A stretch of 64,000 nt of DNA, from positions 4,774,001-4,838,000 of the forward strand of contig CM030336.1 in the NCBI GenBank assembly GCA_017654855.1, in the 5' to 3' direction. The position numbers were made by a program, and so were the translations under genes. Below the pieces are notes generated by a model. The model made no database searches. It had not been told where the DNA came from and worked only from the letters and a program-made list of their open reading frames with translations. Position 1 is the stretch's first letter, and every line of letters begins with the position of its first letter. This document shows positions 23,822 through 38,228 of this stretch, one piece after another. Source of the DNA: Podospora anserina (Eukaryota).

Positions 23822-26800
23822 TTACTTCCAGTAAACATCCATCCAAAACCAGTTCTTCGGATTAACAGCCGCCGCGCCCGTCCTAGCCCTCCCTCTCTCC
23901 TTCTGTCTCGGACCAGTGACATGCTGCTGCGCAAGTCCCTCACTGTTACCCACAACCGCTCCATACTTCTTCACTCTAGCAGGCTTGGGTTGAGTTGGTG
24001 GACGGGGCGTCATCTCATGTCTCTGCTCGTCGATGTTTTCCCACTCTCCGTCAGTTTTCTGCGCTGCCTTCCCCTTTCCTTTGTCCTTGTTTTTGTTCTT
24101 GACAGTAACTGCTTTCTTCGCTCTTGAACGAGTGAACAAGCCCCTCTTCTTCTTAGGTTTGGGTGGCTCGTCAAACTCAGCTTCGTTGTATTCAGGGATG
24201 GTCTGTTGCCATTGTTGAGGTGTCTGCTGCTGGCGAGCATTAGGTCCAACAATGGCCCCAACCGCGGAAGTGCGTCTGTTTGGACCTTGCATGAGTTGCG
24301 GGCTGCCAGACTTGACACGACCCACACGGGCTATTTGGTCGTCCTGGGTGTTCATCTTGCCCATCTCGATGTCGTCGGTAGACTGGGTCTTTTTCTTGGA
24401 AAGAGAGAACAGTCTGGCCCAGAAGCCCTTCCTTTTCTCCGGTTGCTGAGCGTCGATATCAGGTGAACCACCCGAGACGGCCTCGCGCGGGCTGGCTCGT
24501 GGTGACTGTTTTTGTAGTTGAGACTTCTTGCCAAATAACCGGGCCCAGAATCCTCGCTTTTTAGGTGCTTCGTCAACCTTGTCGGCGGGTAGCCGTTCGG
24601 CTGCCATCATCTGAGGCGATTGGAAATTCTGTGGGCCACGCTCGACTGTTGCCATGTTGCCGAAGTTGGCGCTTTGTCGTGTAGGCTCCATGGCGCGGGC
24701 CTGGCGAGTGTTCTGCATTTCGTATGACTCTTGAGGGATCGGACTGGGGGCTTCAACATCGGTGACCACAGTCTTGTCGCGTCGGCCGAACCATGCGAGG
24801 AAGCCCTTCTTCTTCGGCGCAGGTTCCTCAACGTTGGTGTCGTTGGCAAAGTTCCACTCGTTGGCCGGCTGAGGCGCTAGGCTAGGTGTCCGTGAAGTGT
24901 TGTTTTGCACAACATTCAGTCCGCGAGAACTTGTCGCGTTGGGAGGCGTTGGTTGAGAAACTGGCCGAGATTGCTCCGTCTGCTTGACAATCGGAGAGTT
25001 GCCGCTGCTCCCGGGCGTTTCTGTGGTACTCTGCTTTTGCTTGCCAAATCCAAAGAGACCCTTAAATGTCCACCCAGATGATTTGCCGGTGGAGGTATGA
25101 TACTGCTCCTCGAGTGATTCCATGCCAAATCCAAGCGTTGCTGTAGCCATGAGAGGAAGCAGCCACAAGTACCTTTGGGTGTTGCCGCCGTGCTTAGCAG
25201 TAACATTGGCTTTTGCCGCGTCCTGAGTGTTGTTATCCGAGACACTGTTCAGCTGCATTGGTTCGTTGACCTGATATGCGTCCTGACTGTTGGATCTTAG
25301 CCCTGGGTTGGCACTTCGAGTCTGTTGCTCCGTTGGGTGCGTTTGCTTGGGAAAGAGACTCATTGGGCGGCTTGGAGGTGGAGGTGGAGGGGGAGGTTGA
25401 TATTGTTGTTGCTCGACAACTCTCTCCCCCTGCACGATAATGGCGGGTGATGATTTATAACTATGATACTCTGGCTGCTGTTGGTCGTAGCCATCCTGCG
25501 CAATCTGCTCTGGTTGGATATAGGTGTAATCTTCGTATGGGCTTGCTGGTTCATCTTGCATGTACTCTTCTATGGATGGTCGATCATGAGGAACTTGGTA
25601 ATCCACCGATTCCACTCGCACCGGAGACACTGATGTTTGGCGGGCAGAATAGTCTTTGGAAACACGTTGTGGTGACTGAGGTGGCATTTGGTGGGAGACT
25701 GGAGAACGCTCAACCGGGGCGTATGTGTCGAAATTTCTGGCATCCGCATTTATGATCTCAAACTCAGGTTCCGAGAGTCGTCGATCGTCGCCAATGGAAT
25801 CAGGCTCCGACAAGTAAGTGTTAATATCAGCTGCGGGGGACTGAGCGCTTTCCATCGGGCTGGGGGGTGCGGCAAACCCACGGGTGCTTTGTTGAACGGG
25901 AAACTTTGGTGGTCTAGGCCAAGCAGCAGGGTATATGTGGTCAACCTCCGCAGGGGTTTGGGGCGCAGTCATTGCGTTCTCACCAGCCCAGCCCGTATGG
26001 TCGTAAGCATCATCTTTTTCCTCGATGTCCTGTTCCTGGTGATAGTGCTCGGTGGAAGTGAATCGACTATCGACCAGTGGGCTTTGCTGAAAGGTAAGAG
26101 GTGAGAGCATCTCGTGATCGTGAGGGTCATCAGGCGGCGTCACGGGTCTGTGTTGGCTTGCATCCCATCCAGGCACTGGGCTCGAGACATACTCGACATC
26201 TTGTTGCATATCTTCGGGTGGCGGGGTGAGCGGTCTTGGAGATAGTAGCTGCGAGTCACGTCCCCAGTTAGAAGCAACTGCAGGGCTCTTCAGATGGTTG
26301 TTGAAGGATGGAGAGAGTGCATTGGATCCGTAGGTGTCATCATCTGGGGTGATTGGGCGGGGGAACTGCTCGTCTGTGTGATGGGGCTCTCCAGAGGTCT
26401 CCTCGGGATTGTAAGGTTCTTCATCCAAGGCCTGATGAATCTCTTGTGCCACGGGATAGACCACCTCTTCATCAGAATAAACGATAATTGTCTCGCTCTC
26501 ATCCTCTCGGGTCTCAGGTTCCAGCTGTGGTTGGTTTAGCGGTGGGGATGGGGGAGGCGAGAGATCGTCAATTGGCCCTTGATAAGACGGCGTGGGCTCG
26601 GGGTGGACGGGCAGAACGTCATCCTCTGGTTGAGAATGAAGTTCTTCATGATATTCGGGCTGCTCGTCAGTGTATGGAGCTTCCTCTTCTGTCAGATCAC
26701 CTCCCCAGCCTTGTCCAGAATACAGGTCTTGCCCTGGCTCCTCGTAGCTTTGTTCCACTGGGACTTGGCCATGTTCCTGATTTGGCTCTTGGACCATATT

Positions 26801-29800
26801 CTGATACTCCTCTTGGGAATGTGGAGCAATTGGCTCATCGAAATCCTCTTGGGCTAGTTCGTCGTATGTCGCATCTTGCGGTTGCTCTTCGAGGTCCTCC
26901 TGGATATATTCATCTGTCGCTTCGTTGTATATTTGGTCTTCGACGTACTGTTCCGATACCTGCTCGACTGCTGGTTCATTGTCTGGTTCTTCGTAGGTAT
27001 GTTCCGGATATACTTCTGCAGTGGCTTGCTCGTTTGCTTGGACAATCTCTTCCTCGGAAGCTGGCTCCTCGTATGCTGGTTTGTGGTGAGATGGCTCATC
27101 GTATATCGGCTCACCGTCTTCCTCTTGAGATGCTGGCTCCTCGTAAACCTCCGCGGAAGAATTATCATAGACAGGTTCGTCAGCAACCTCTTCAATGGGC
27201 TGTGAAATATGCTCCTCATATGCCTCCCCATCAGGCTGCTCGTATACCTCCTCACTTGGCTCCTCATAGAAGTCCTGCGCCGGCTCCTCATTCTCCTGCT
27301 GAATCGGCCCATCGTAGGCTTCCTCGGCCAGCTCCTCATACACATCCTGAGCCGGCTCTTCAAATAGATCTTGAACAGGTTCCTCATTCAACTCCCCGTA
27401 CACCTCTGGCCCCTGTTCCTCATATACCTCCTGAATTGGCTCTCCAAACTCCTCTTGAAGAGGCTTATCATACGCATCTTCTGCAGCAGGCTCCTCTGTA
27501 ACAGGCTCCTCTGCAGCAGGCTGCTCATACACCTCTTCAGCAACGGGTTCTTCGTACACCTCTTCAACAACCGGCTCTTCGTACAGCTCCTCCACTGACT
27601 CTTCGTAAACCTCCTCAACTGGTTCTTCATACGCCTCTTCAACAAGGGGTTCTTCATACACCTCCTCAGCCGGTTCTTCATACACCTCCTCAGCCATTTC
27701 TTCATACACCTCCTCAGCCGGTTCTTCGTACACCTCCTCAGCCGGTTCCTCGTAAAACTCGTCCACTGGTTCTTCGTAAAACTCCTCAGCTGGCTCCTCA
27801 TAGAACTCCGCAGCTGGCTCTTCAAATGCTTCTTCGACTGGCTCCTCATCTTGAAAGCCCTCGTCGAATACCGCATCGTCCTCTTGCACGAAGTCAACGT
27901 CTTCCGCAAATACTTCGCCTTCCGCATCGCCAAACTCCTCTTCCATGGGCTGTTCGGGTTCAAGCGCTGGTTCTGGTTCCAGTTCTGGCTCATAGTCACC
28001 AATCTCCTCCTCTACATACACTTCAGGCTCTGGCTCCGGTTCATATACCGGCTCTGGTTCAGACTCATAAACTTCTTCAGGTTCAGGCTCTGCTTCGAAG
28101 GTACGGTCAAACTCAGCTTCAAATGCTGGTTCAGGCTCGGGTTCATATGCTGGTTCGGACTCGAGCTCATACGCTGGTTCTGGCTCGGGCTCATATGCTG
28201 GTTCAGGCTCGGGCTCATAGGCTGGCTCAGGCTCCGGCTCGTAGGCGGACTCCGGGTCGTATGAGGGCTCTTCCAATGCTGGTTCGTCCGCGGGCTCTGG
28301 CCTGTAGCCGTCTTCAAAACCGGTATCCATGGGCTCCAAGGTGCGGTCGCCTTCGTCATACATTTCGTCCTGAGTGGCATCCTCGTACATGGCTTCTTCT
28401 GGTTCACCAAACTCTTCAACTGGGCCCTGGTCATCCGGATACTCCCCGTCCATGGGAGCTGGGTCTTCGTCAAACCCCTCTTCCATGATCTGCTCCTCCT
28501 CATATACCTCCTCCTCCACTGGAGCCTCCTCAAACAGAGGTTCCTCCTCAAATGGAGGCTCTTCCTCAAATAGAGGCTCCTCCTCAAATGGAGGTTCCTC
28601 CTCAAATGGGGCTTCCTCTCCGAATGGGGCCTCCTCTTCCTCCTCTCCAAACTCCATGTCTTCGCCCCGATCACCCTCTTCGCCAAACTCATCACCCATC
28701 TCCTCAGCATATTCGTCGCCTTCTCCAAGCTCTTCGCCCACATCCTCGCCCATCTCTTCGTCGAACTCATCACCTGTGGAATTGTTAGCAAAGTTGTCTG
28801 TCGTCATGTGTGAAATGATGGTGAGCTCGCCTTCAGGATAGTCTTGGGCGAATTCCTCCTCGGCAAGCTCCTCCTCGAACGGTTCGCCGGCCTCTTCATC
28901 GTCGAAACCGCGCTCGCCATCCTCGGCGAAGTCTTCTTCCAGCAAACCATCCTCAGCATATTCACCCTCAGCAGCCTCGCCATCTGCGAATCCATCCCCG
29001 AATTCCTCACTATTGGCGAGCTCACCATCTTCCTGGTACTCACCTTCTGCAAACTCTTGTTCCCCTTCCGCACCCTCGCCATCGAAGTCCTCGTCCAGAC
29101 CCCGCTCACCGTCTTCAAAGTCGCCCTCCTCACCAAACTCACCCTCCTCACCAAACTCTCCTTCTTCGCCAAATTCGTCGCCTTCGGCAAACTCTGCACC
29201 TTCACCTTCAAATTCTCCCTCCTCAACATACTCTCCCTCGCCGTTCATAAACTCGTCATCATCTAAACCACGCTCACCATCCTCAAACTCACCGTCCATT
29301 TCTGGATCAAATTCGCCCTCGCCCTCTTCACCTTCCTCATATTCACCCTCCTCACCTTCCACGTACCCACCTTCTTCTTCACCTTCAGCATACTCACCTT
29401 CCTCCTCACCCTCCATGTACCCACCCTCCTCGGCAAACTCACCTTCTTCCATCTCCTCATCCAAGCCGGGCTCGCCATCCTCTTCATCATAGCCCTCACC
29501 TTGCTCCTCCCCTTCAAAGCCTTCCTCTTCAGCGTACTCTTCCTCGCCTTCGAGGTACTCTTCTTCAGAGAGCTCCTCCTCTTCACCCTCCTCAACATAC
29601 TCCTCCTCGTCCTCTGCAATCTCGTCCTCATCAAGCTCCCGCTCACCATCTTCCTCGTCAAGGAATTCTCCCTCTTCAGCTTCACCCTCACCATCCTCAA
29701 GATACTCTGGTTCTTCCAACGACTCACCCTCAACATACACCTCCTCTCCCTCCCCATACACCTCCTCTCCATCCTCTCCCTCCTCATACTCCTCCTCATC

Positions 29801-32800
29801 CTCATCCTCATCCCAGCCAAGGTCGTGAGTCATACCAGGCGGACCATACATCGCCGCAGCAGGAGTATCAAGAACAGCATACATATTCTTCTCAACAGCA
29901 AACTTTTCCTCGTCGTCATCGTAGACGGTGAAGAGGTCGTCGTCATCTTCTTCGTCGAGCAACTCAGAGACAAGCTCGTCCTCGTTGAAGTCGTCTTCGA
30001 ACTCAGCAGCTTCGTCTTGACCGGAGAGGTATTCACCTTCTTGGTCGTCTTTAAGCAGGTCTTGTCCTTCCTCGGCTTCGAGGAAGATATCGCGTTCGCC
30101 ATCTTCGCATTGATATTCTTCTTGGCCTTCAAAGTCCTCTTCCTGGTCGTTGAATTCTGGTTGTGCGTCAAGTTCCTCCCGACCTTCAACGTCCTCTTGG
30201 CCATCAAATTCCGGTTGGTCGTCATAATCTTGCTGACGGTCGAAGTCTTCTTGGTCCTCCTCAAGATCCGACCCACGCTCGCCATCGTCGTCGAAATGCT
30301 GATCGTATTTGGGCTCTTCCTGGTCTTGGTACTCATCTTGGTTGTCAAAGTCCTCTTGCTGATCGAGGTCCTCATTCCCATCAAGTTCACCCTGGTCGCC
30401 AAAGTGTTCTTGATCTTCAAGATATTCCTGCTCATCTTCAATATCCAGGGAGCGCTCGCCGTCGCCGTCGAGATCCTCTTGGCCTTCGAAGTCTTCTTGC
30501 TCATCAAAGTTGTCTTGGCTTTCGTGCTCCTCCTCGTCTTGACCCTCAAGCTCTTCCTGGCCGTCGAAGTCTTGTTGCTCTTCGAGGTCGGCTTCGCACT
30601 CAAAGACCTCCTCAGCCTCGGGATCTAGCTCTCCATCTCCTTCTGGCTCTGCACATTTCTGATTTTGAAGCTCCTCAAAGGTGATGTGGTCGTCAGCGGT
30701 AGGGATCTCGAGAACACCCAAGTCACCAGAGATGGTGTTGAGAAAGTCGGCGTCAAAGGCTTCCTCAAGTTCACGGAGCTCTTCTTCGGTCATTCGAGGT
30801 TCTTCAGGCTGAGCTTCGTCTTCGAGAGCAACTTCTTCACAGACTTCTTCCTCGAAGCCCTCTTCGTCGACCTGTTCGTCGCCAAGGGGCTCTTCGTCAA
30901 GCAGCTCTTTGTCAATCGGCTCTTCATCAAGGGGTTCTTGGTCAGTCGGCTCCTCGTCAAGGGGTTCTTCTTGAAGGGGCTCCTCGTCAAAAGCCTCGTC
31001 GTCAATAGCGTGCTCGTCGTAGTAGTACTCATCCTCCCTGTCCTCAAGTGGCTGATCATCAACAGGGATGCCATCGCCCTCAAAGACCTCATCATCAAGC
31101 GAGCGTTGACCGTCGACAAATTCGTCATTTTGTGGGGTGTACTCGCCATCTTCCAAAGGAGCCTCTTCATCGTACTGGGCGTTGTCTTCTCCGGCATATT
31201 CGCCGTCATCGACGGGTGCTTCCTCCTGATACTGAGCGTCATCCTCAGTGTACTCGCCGTCCTCAACAGGTTCCACTTCGTCAAACTGGTTGTCGCCGTT
31301 TTGAGACGGATACTCTTCCTCTTCGTAGGCGGGGTCTTCTTCGTATTCTTGGCCTTCAACAGGGATTTCTTCGTCGTAATGCTCCGAGTCGTCGTGATCA
31401 ACGAAACCTTCACCGTCAGCTTCTTCGACGAAATCCTCAGGTAGAGAGCGCTCCCCGTCGATTAAGTCCTCTTCCTCCGGCTGATACTCATTTTCCTGGA
31501 GGAGATCTTCGTCGTATGGCGGAGCATCGTTGTCGAGGGCCTCGGTGTTGAGTTCTTCCTCGCCATTGGTGAACTGCTGCTGGTCATATTCGGGGTATTC
31601 ATCATCTTCCGGAGCAGGCTCCTCGTCGTATTGATCGTCAGCAGTAAACTCGGCATCTTCGTCGAAGTATTCCTGGTCGCTGGGTTGGTACTCTTCATTG
31701 CAAATCTCGTCTTCAGCGGGAGGTACTTCAGATGCGTAGCCATCTTCGTCGACGAAATTATCGTTGTCCGGGGGATTGTCTTGGGCATCTTCATCGTAGA
31801 GGGCTTCATCAACAGGTGCCTCTTCATCAGTGAAATACTGGGTTTCAGAGGAATAGTCGACTTCTTGGCCGGCAACAGCCTCCTCAACGATATGCTCGTC
31901 TTCCAATGCTTCTTCCTTCTCGTATTGAACCTGACCGTCATCAACGGACTGAGAAGCGTCCTCGTCGAGATATTCACCGTCAGACTGAACTCGATCCTCT
32001 GGGAACTCGTCACGAATGGGGCTCTCAACAGGAGTCAAATCCTGGGGCGTGAACCCTCCGTCGACAGAACTGTTTTCGAATGAGCGATCAGCCTCAATTG
32101 CTTCATCGGCATCTTCCAGAGGATAATCATCATCTTCCACAGCAAGGGCCTCCTCCTCTCCATATTGGACTTGGTTTTCGTCGGCGGGGCAGTCTTCCGC
32201 TGGAAGATCCTCTTCTTGGTCTTCAGGTGTCATCTCGGCGCCATCTTCATCCACAACTTGCTCGTCGTCCGAGGCAGCAGGGGTGAATTCATCAGCGTCT
32301 TGCCCCAGTAATCCCTCCTTGCCGTCAGAGGCGTTCTCATATGATGTCTCCGCCTCCTCGCGAAACTCGTCATCAAACGATTCAGCATGTGGAGAACGAG
32401 CCTCGTCATCTGAGGCGCCGTCTTCAGTTTCGAGGGTATCTTCTGGAAAAGCGTCGTCTGAGGTAGGGGTAGCCTGACTTTGCGCGTAGTCGTCTTCAGC
32501 GCAGTCGTCTTCTGAAAGCTCGGCATGGGCAAGGTTTTCGGGGGCGTTGGTTTCTGGCAGGTTTACATCCTCTTGATGGACGGCTTCCTCCTCCACAGTC
32601 TCATCAACCAGGTCGGGAGACCGATCCACCTCTACGTTCGCCTCCTCATCCTCAGCGACGTATTCGCTTTCCTGTTGGTCCTCGCGAGAGAAATCCTCCT
32701 CAGGGGAATCCTGCTCGTAAAGCCCATCATCATTGACCTCGTCCTGGCCAGGCTGAAAATCCTCGTGGTCGGTCCCCATGGGGCGCTCTCCATTTTCATC

Positions 32801-34876
32801 AGAGGACTCGGGATCTTTCAGGCTGTATTCCGCCTCCTCAAAGTTGTCAGAGATCACCTCATCCTGGTTGATGTCTTGGAAGCTTCCATCCTCGGAAGCT
32901 TGGTCATACTGCTCAGAGTCGGAGATGTGCTCCTGGGCGAGGTCATCGTCGGCGGCGACATGTTCTTGGTGCGCGGAAAGGGTCTCGGCATCGGCGGGCT
33001 CCTGGGTTTCTTCATCTTCCGGGATGCTCTGAGAATCGACGGCGTCGTCGTCGTCCTGAACCAAGTCCTCTGGTTCCGTTGAAGGAAGAGGGGAGTCCAA
33101 CGCCTGGTCGACATCGGCCCGAGTCTCTTCGTCATTTGATGCATCTTCAATGATGGGGGTTTGAGGCTGGGAGATGACATCGTCGTCGACTGCGATATCC
33201 TCGTCTTCATCGACCTCGCCGTGATCAAACTCTTCCTGTTCAACCTCCTCGTCATGATCGCCGTCTTGCTCAACTTGCTCGTGCTGGTCGTCCTGCTGAG
33301 CATCGTCTTGGTCCACCTCCTCGTCGTCCTGAACAGGCTCCTCATGACCAACCTGCTCCTGATCAATCTCTTCATCCAGCTCTGACTCAACACCCTCGCC
33401 ATCAGAAACCTGTTCTTGGCCATCATGCTCTTCATTTTCGTCAAGGTTATCCTCAACGGGCATTTCTTGGTCCAAACCAGCCTCTTCATCTTGCAAGGAT
33501 GCCGATTCATCACCAGCGACGGATTGATCACCAGTGGAGACTTCAAGGCCAACATCTCCTAGGTCAAGCTCATCAGACTCAAGACCTTGCTCTTCCGCAT
33601 CATCCGCTCCTGAGGTAATATCGTCTGACTGGGGATCGTCATTCTCTTCATCGGCAGCATGTTCCTGCGGTCCAGAAACGACAAACTCGAACCGTGGTTG
33701 ACCTTCGAGACTCTCTGGCTCGAAATCAGGCTCATCTTCCAATGGCGGGTTTTCTTGGTAGTAGTCGTCAAGTGTCTGCCCATCTTCTTCGTCTTCGCCG
33801 TACGGGATAGTCGGTGGAGGGTTGTAGTATGAGCCGAGATCAGCTGTTGTTTGATCATCGTATGGGTTGGAAAGATGTCGCTCTTGATACAGTGGGTGGT
33901 CCTCTGGAATGCCATCATCGCCGTAGTCCCCGATCGTGAAACCAGGTGAGTCTAGTGGTTCGTCACCTTCGACCTCTAGTTGTGGGGATGCCGGGGGTTG
34001 GTCTTCTCCTGGAGGCTCATCGACTGGCGGTTGCGGTGATGGTGATGGCGAGTCTGATGGTGTAGACAGGATTGATGGCTCTGTCTGTTCCGGCTCCGAT
34101 GGAACAGCAACGGGGACTGGAACAACCTCATTCTCTTTTGGTACCTCGACGGTGAAATCCTTCTTGATGCATGGATTTTCCCGTCTCCGCCTCCCATTCT
34201 TCCTCGGCCCGTAGCAGTCCTCCTTTTTGTGATCTTTCCCAACCCTATCCCGGTGCCACTCCAAATTCCAATGCCATGGCCCTCCCTCAGCAACCTTCCT
34301 CCCATTCCACGTGCCAAGATAAATGCTAAACGGGCTAATAACCCAATTCTCCTCGCTGAACGGAGCATTACACTTCTTGCAGGCCGTGTCCTCCGCATAA
34401 TCCGCCACCTTTGGCGCCAAAAACCCATTAAAAGCCCCATCATCATCAAAAGTATTAATGGCCTCACACTCCCCACACCTCCACGCCTCGGGAGTCTGAT
34501 CAAACTCTCCCACAACCCTCTTGTCGCTGGTGGCAATCTCCCGTGACCCAGAAGAGTTCACAATCATGCAGTTTGAGCAGTCGACAAAGGCATGATCACA
34601 CTCCCCGCACTCCTCGAGCGGCTTGAACAAACTGCTCGATGCCCAGCACCTGCAGCATTTCCGCCGCCCGGGCACGCCCTTCCTCTCTTCTTCTGTAAAC
34701 TCCTCTGGTGATTTGGCGATAGGAAGTGAAAAGTCCCCTCTCACAAAAGAGATCCCCGGTGGCTTTTCCACCAAAACATTGTCGTGGTGGCCACAAGGCC
34801 AGACATACTCGATGAGGTTCGGAGATCGTCGTGTGGGTCCCATCTTGTCCTTCTGTGTAAGTAATTCCACGCTCAA
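23822..34876 (-). CDS. Giant (about 3670 aa) hyper-acidic, largely disordered protein with N-terminal Cys/Zn-ribbon cluster and basic C-terminal tail
   Basis: Uninterrupted 11-kb ORF; first ATG at 34843 (MGPTRR). CxxC-type pairs in the first 200 aa; about 2800 aa E/D-rich with [14 protein letters not shown] and EEGEFG repeats; probable in-frame 57-nt intron at 28774-28830. Confidence 0.9.
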   Translation of the reverse strand: MSVELLTQKDKMGPTRRSPNLIEYVWPCGHHDNVLVEKPPGISFVRGDFSLPIAKSPEEFTEEERKGVPGRRKCCRCWASSSLFKPLEECGECDHAFVDCSNCMIVNSSGSREIATSDKRVVGEFDQTPEAWRCGECEAINTFDDDGAFNGFLAPKVADYAEDTACKKCNAPFSEENWVISPFSIYLGTWNGRKVAEGGPWHWNLEWHRDRVGKDHKKEDCYGPRKNGRRRRENPCIKKDFTVEVPKENEVVPVPVAVPSEPEQTEPSILSTPSDSPSPSPQPPVDEPPGEDQPPASPQLEVEGDEPLDSPGFTIGDYGDDGIPEDHPLYQERHLSNPYDDQTTADLGSYYNPPPTIPYGEDEEDGQTLDDYYQENPPLEDEPDFEPESLEGQPRFEFVVSGPQEHAADEENDDPQSDDITSGADDAEEQGLESDELDLGDVGLEVSTGDQSVAGDESASLQDEEAGLDQEMPVEDNLDENEEHDGQEQVSDGEGVESELDEEIDQEQVGHEEPVQDDEEVDQDDAQQDDQHEQVEQDGDHDEEVEQEEFDHGEVDEDEDIAVDDDVISQPQTPIIEDASNDEETRADVDQALDSPLPSTEPEDLVQDDDDAVDSQSIPEDEETQEPADAETLSAHQEHVAADDDLAQEHISDSEQYDQASEDGSFQDINQDEVISDNFEEAEYSLKDPESSDENGERPMGTDHEDFQPGQDEVNDDGLYEQDSPEEDFSREDQQESEYVAEDEEANVEVDRSPDLVDETVEEEAVHQEDVNLPETNAPENLAHAELSEDDCAEDDYAQSQATPTSDDAFPEDTLETEDGASDDEARSPHAESFDDEFREEAETSYENASDGKEGLLGQDADEFTPAASDDEQVVDEDGAEMTPEDQEEDLPAEDCPADENQVQYGEEEALAVEDDDYPLEDADEAIEADRSFENSSVDGGFTPQDLTPVESPIRDEFPEDRVQSDGEYLDEDASQSVDDGQVQYEKEEALEDEHIVEEAVAGQEVDYSSETQYFTDEEAPVDEALYDEDAQDNPPDNDNFVDEDGYASEVPPAEDEICNEEYQPSDQEYFDEDAEFTADDQYDEEPAPEDDEYPEYDQQQFTNGEEELNTEALDNDAPPYDEDLLQENEYQPEEEDLIDGERSLPEDFVEEADGEGFVDHDDSEHYDEEIPVEGQEYEEDPAYEEEEYPSQNGDNQFDEVEPVEDGEYTEDDAQYQEEAPVDDGEYAGEDNAQYDEEAPLEDGEYTPQNDEFVDGQRSLDDEVFEGDGIPVDDQPLEDREDEYYYDEHAIDDEAFDEEPLQEEPLDEEPTDQEPLDEEPIDKELLDEEPLGDEQVDEEGFEEEVCEEVALEDEAQPEEPRMTEEELRELEEAFDADFLNTISGDLGVLEIPTADDHITFEELQNQKCAEPEGDGELDPEAEEVFECEADLEEQQDFDGQEELEGQDEEEHESQDNFDEQEDFEGQEDLDGDGERSLDIEDEQEYLEDQEHFGDQGELDGNEDLDQQEDFDNQDEYQDQEEPKYDQHFDDDGERGSDLEEDQEDFDRQQDYDDQPEFDGQEDVEGREELDAQPEFNDQEEDFEGQEEYQCEDGERDIFLEAEEGQDLLKDDQEGEYLSGQDEAAEFEDDFNEDELVSELLDEEDDDDLFTVYDDDEEKFAVEKNMYAVLDTPAAAMYGPPGMTHDLGWDEDEDEEEYEEGEDGEEVYGEGEEVYVEGESLEEPEYLEDGEGEAEEGEFLDEEDGERELDEDEIAEDEEEYVEEGEEEELSEEEYLEGEEEYAEEEGFEGEEQGEGYDEEDGEPGLDEEMEEGEFAEEGGYMEGEEEGEYAEGEEEGGYVEGEEGEYEEGEEGEGEFDPEMDGEFEDGERGLDDDEFMNGEGEYVEEGEFEGEGAEFAEGDEFGEEGEFGEEGEFGEEGDFEDGERGLDEDFDGEGAEGEQEFAEGEYQEDGELANSEEFGDGFADGEAAEGEYAEDGLLEEDFAEDGERGFDDEEAGEPFEEELAEEEFAQDYPEGELTIISHMTTDNFANNSTGDEFDEEMGEDVGEELGEGDEYAEEMGDEFGEEGDRGEDMEFGEEEEEAPFGEEAPFEEEPPFEEEPLFEEEPPFEEEPLFEEAPVEEEVYEEEQIMEEGFDEDPAPMDGEYPDDQGPVEEFGEPEEAMYEDATQDEMYDEGDRTLEPMDTGFEDGYRPEPADEPALEEPSYDPESAYEPEPEPAYEPEPEPAYEPEPEPAYELESEPAYEPEPEPAFEAEFDRTFEAEPEPEEVYESEPEPVYEPEPEPEVYVEEEIGDYEPELEPEPALEPEQPMEEEFGDAEGEVFAEDVDFVQEDDAVFDEGFQDEEPVEEAFEEPAAEFYEEPAEEFYEEPVDEFYEEPAEEVYEEPAEEVYEEMAEEVYEEPAEEVYEEPLVEEAYEEPVEEVYEESVEELYEEPVVEEVYEEPVAEEVYEQPAAEEPVTEEPAAEDAYDKPLQEEFGEPIQEVYEEQGPEVYGELNEEPVQDLFEEPAQDVYEELAEEAYDGPIQQENEEPAQDFYEEPSEEVYEQPDGEAYEEHISQPIEEVADEPVYDNSSAEVYEEPASQEEDGEPIYDEPSHHKPAYEEPASEEEIVQANEQATAEVYPEHTYEEPDNEPAVEQVSEQYVEDQIYNEATDEYIQEDLEEQPQDATYDELAQEDFDEPIAPHSQEEYQNMVQEPNQEHGQVPVEQSYEEPGQDLYSGQGWGGDLTEEEAPYTDEQPEYHEELHSQPEDDVLPVHPEPTPSYQGPIDDLSPPPSPPLNQPQLEPETREDESETIIVYSDEEVVYPVAQEIHQALDEEPYNPEETSGEPHHTDEQFPRPITPDDDTYGSNALSPSFNNHLKSPAVASNWGRDSQLLSPRPLTPPPEDMQQDVEYVSSPVPGWDASQHRPVTPPDDPHDHEMLSPLTFQQSPLVDSRFTSTEHYHQEQDIEEKDDAYDHTGWAGENAMTAPQTPAEVDHIYPAAWPRPPKFPVQQSTRGFAAPPSPMESAQSPAADINTYLSEPDSIGDDRRLSEPEFEIINADARNFDTYAPVERSPVSHQMPPQSPQRVSKDYSARQTSVSPVRVESVDYQVPHDRPSIEEYMQDEPASPYEDYTYIQPEQIAQDGYDQQQPEYHSYKSSPAIIVQGERVVEQQQYQPPPPPPPPSRPMSLFPKQTHPTEQQTRSANPGLRSNSQDAYQVNEPMQLNSVSDNNTQDAAKANVTAKHGGNTQRYLWLLPLMATATLGFGMESLEEQYHTSTGKSSGWTFKGLFGFGKQKQSTTETPGSSGNSPIVKQTEQSRPVSQPTPPNATSSRGLNVVQNNTSRTPSLAPQPANEWNFANDTNVEEPAPKKKGFLAWFGRRDKTVVTDVEAPSPIPQESYEMQNTRQARAMEPTRQSANFGNMATVERGPQNFQSPQMMAAERLPADKVDEAPKKRGFWARLFGKKSQLQKQSPRASPREAVSGGSPDIDAQQPEKRKGFWARLFSLSKKKTQSTDDIEMGKMNTQDDQIARVGRVKSGSPQLMQGPNRRTSAVGAIVGPNARQQQTPQQWQQTIPEYNEAEFDEPPKPKKKRGLFTRSRAKKAVTVKNKNKDKGKGKAAQKTDGEWENIDEQRHEMTPRPPTQPKPARVKKYGAVVGNSEGLAQQHVTGPRQKERGRARTGAAAVNPKNWFWMDVYWK

Positions 34877-34955
34877 CTACCGAGCGTGCGTTCTTTCGTC
34901 TGTTTGGCGTGTTATTCTCTCTCTCTCTCTCGTAAAACCTGGTGTTAGTCAAGCA

Positions 34956-35119
34956 GCAACAACAACAACAACAACGGGATGAATGGCCCAAACCAAGCCA
35001 GGGTCATTCGGAAGTCGGAGAATATGACGAAAGGGAAAAGAAATCCAAAAGGTGCGACCGTGAACGGCCATGAAAAGAGTTTTAAGAGAGCCATCAACAA
35101 CAACAACAACAACAACAAC
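34956..35119. repeat. Two (CAA)n microsatellites upstream of the giant ORF
   Basis: (CAA)n runs at about 34956-34975 and 35095-35119. Confidence 0.9.
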
Positions 35120-36317
35120 GCTGTTGTTGGACTAATACAATGAGACGGTGGTGGCGATGGGCTGGGGCTGGTGTGTGGGCGACCCGACCTGTCGGTTGCC
35201 CGTGGTCGAAACATTGAGAGGGCTTCCCAATAATACCCGCGTTTCAAAACATTGAGGCCATGGCATGGCTCTTTTCGGAGTTGAACAGCTTCGAGAGCGG
35301 CGTGTTGGCCCAAGTGATGACCGTGACAAGTGCCCTGTTCCATATCCAACCCTAACCCCATCACGGCACAGCAAAGCTCTTCCGTTGGTCTGTCATCTTG
35401 GCGGTCGGGGCGAAGCTCGGTAGGCGATGTTTGAGAAACACGGCCGGTTCTTGTCGATGTGTGTGTATACAGGGTGTCTTGGGCGAGAACATTGCGCGGG
35501 ACATCACTGGGAAGCACTTGCTTGGAGGTTCCTGGCTGTCGTCATTCCGAGTCTTGATGTTGGCATTTGGCGGCTCTGGGCGGATCAGAATGGAGCAGGG
35601 TGGAAATGTTGATGTGGCCCCGTGTGACGTTGATGTCGGCAGATGAAGTCGGTCGGTTCGGAGGACGATGGCGATCATCCGGAGTGAAGTCCATAGGTCC
35701 ATGGCAAACATCGTGTTCTATAATAGCGACGGCCGGTCGCTGGGTTTGGCGGCGCCGCCTGGAAGCCCGGCCACTTGTTCTCTCTCAGTCAGCGACTCTT
35801 CTGTTTGTGAGACGCCCCCACTTCTGTTGTTACATGGCCCCAGGCCGCTGAGCTGGCCGCAGCCAGGGAAAAACATCAGCAGAGCATCATCCAGTGGTCG
35901 GAATGTATGCTTAAAACATCCGACGGAATATTATTGTTTGTGCTGGCTGGTATTTCTGTGTCGATGATGGGAATCCCTTTTGTTTCACTGTATCCTCACG
36001 GCCATGTTGCACAGCTGTGGTGCTTCAGTGCTTGTTCACTAACATAAACCCCATCATTCCCCACCACACCACTGCTAGCACACAATGACATGTCCACCGA
36101 CCCCTCCACTCCTTCTTACTCCAGTCCCGTCCTCCTGCTGCATCCTCACCCAAGAAATCTCATGTCAAAACGGACAATGACATCAGCAGTCGACGCTTAG
36201 TGTTGCCACATCCCGATACCTCAATAAACCGCCGACATGTTGATATATCACTCTTTTCCCCCTCCTGTTTGTCACACCCACCTTCCAACTGCATTCCACC
36301 CTTTTCCCACGCTTTAG

Positions 36318-37222
<905 letters not shown>

Positions 37223-37453
37223 GTGCATCGTCTGAATGGGAGATGATGGGGGGTCAGATGTTAGTTATTAATGCGGTTTTTGGTAGATAGAGGGGCTCAG
37301 GGCTAATAAAACCAAACTTCTTTTCTTGCCCTCCGATTTCGCATTAGCCAGCGGAATGACTCTCCTGCGCAAGAGAAAAACAAAACAAAAACAAAACAAA
37401 AAAGTTGACAAGTGACTTTTAAAAGGAAAAAGAGTCGTCTAGGACGGGAATTG

Positions 37454-37540
37454 AGCCCGACGTGGGGGTCGAACCCACAACCTTGAGATTTCGGAGTACT
37501 CCATAAGAGTCTCACGCTCTACCGATTGAGCTAGCCGGGC
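37454..37540 (-). tRNA. tRNA-Lys(CTT) with 14-nt intron
   Basis: GCCCGGC/GTCGGGC acceptor stem, TAGCTCAATCGG A-box, TGAGA-CT-CTT-A[intron TGGAGTACTCCGAA]A-TCTCA anticodon arm, GGTTCGA T-loop, downstream T-run. Confidence 0.96.
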
Positions 37541-38228
37541 AGGCCAACCAATGTTGTTGTTTTTCCACGCTGGACGTAGCTCCCAAGGAGCAAATGAAGC
37601 ATTCTCGAGGCAACCTCCCCAGTGACCTCTGCACTCATGGCTCACATACTCCAAGAGCATATTCAGGGATCTTCGGTGGTACCGAATGCCAGCCATGTGG
37701 TAAGATATCTCCTCATTTGATCGGAAAGGATGCTATGCATGATCAACCAGTCACAACGTTGATGAGGTGAGATGTGCGATCCCGTGTTTTTCTCCAACCT
37801 TTTCATCATGACTGGACGCACACAACCCAACAGGTCTTCCCGTCAGCATGTCATCAGATTTCCTCAAAGGAATTCCCAACGCCGCTCAGCACGTGGCCAA
37901 TAGACCGAACCAAGCTGTCGGTTGCGAAGTCTTGGATCAGCATCACCAGGTCCAACCAGATTACCAACCATTAGAAAGCGAAGAATGGTTGCGTTCATTC
38001 TGTGGGGCGATGCAAAACATTGGTTGTAAACCCGCCCGATCGGAGTTATTCTTCGCGATGACGCTGTAAATCCCGAAGGTGCTGGGCAATGCAACGTCGT
38101 TGTGAGCATGTACATCAGCCTCATGTTGGGAGATATAAGAGATGTGGTAGACCGTTGTCTTGACGACCCGATGGCTGGTTTTTATTCGCAGACCTATCTT
38201 TTCAACAAGTGACGGTCTTGGTAACACC

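Noticed and set aside
24000-34600. Many long antisense and alternative-frame ORFs (e.g. 29501-30628 +, 26488-27501 +)
   Set aside because: Shadows of the GAR/GAY-rich codon bias of the giant gene; low-complexity Leu/Phe/Val or Arg/Lys translations with no motifs.
23822-34876. Assignment as Leashin / Woronin-body tether
   Set aside because: Only size and acidity are similar; I cannot recognise conserved Leashin termini, so no symbol is given.
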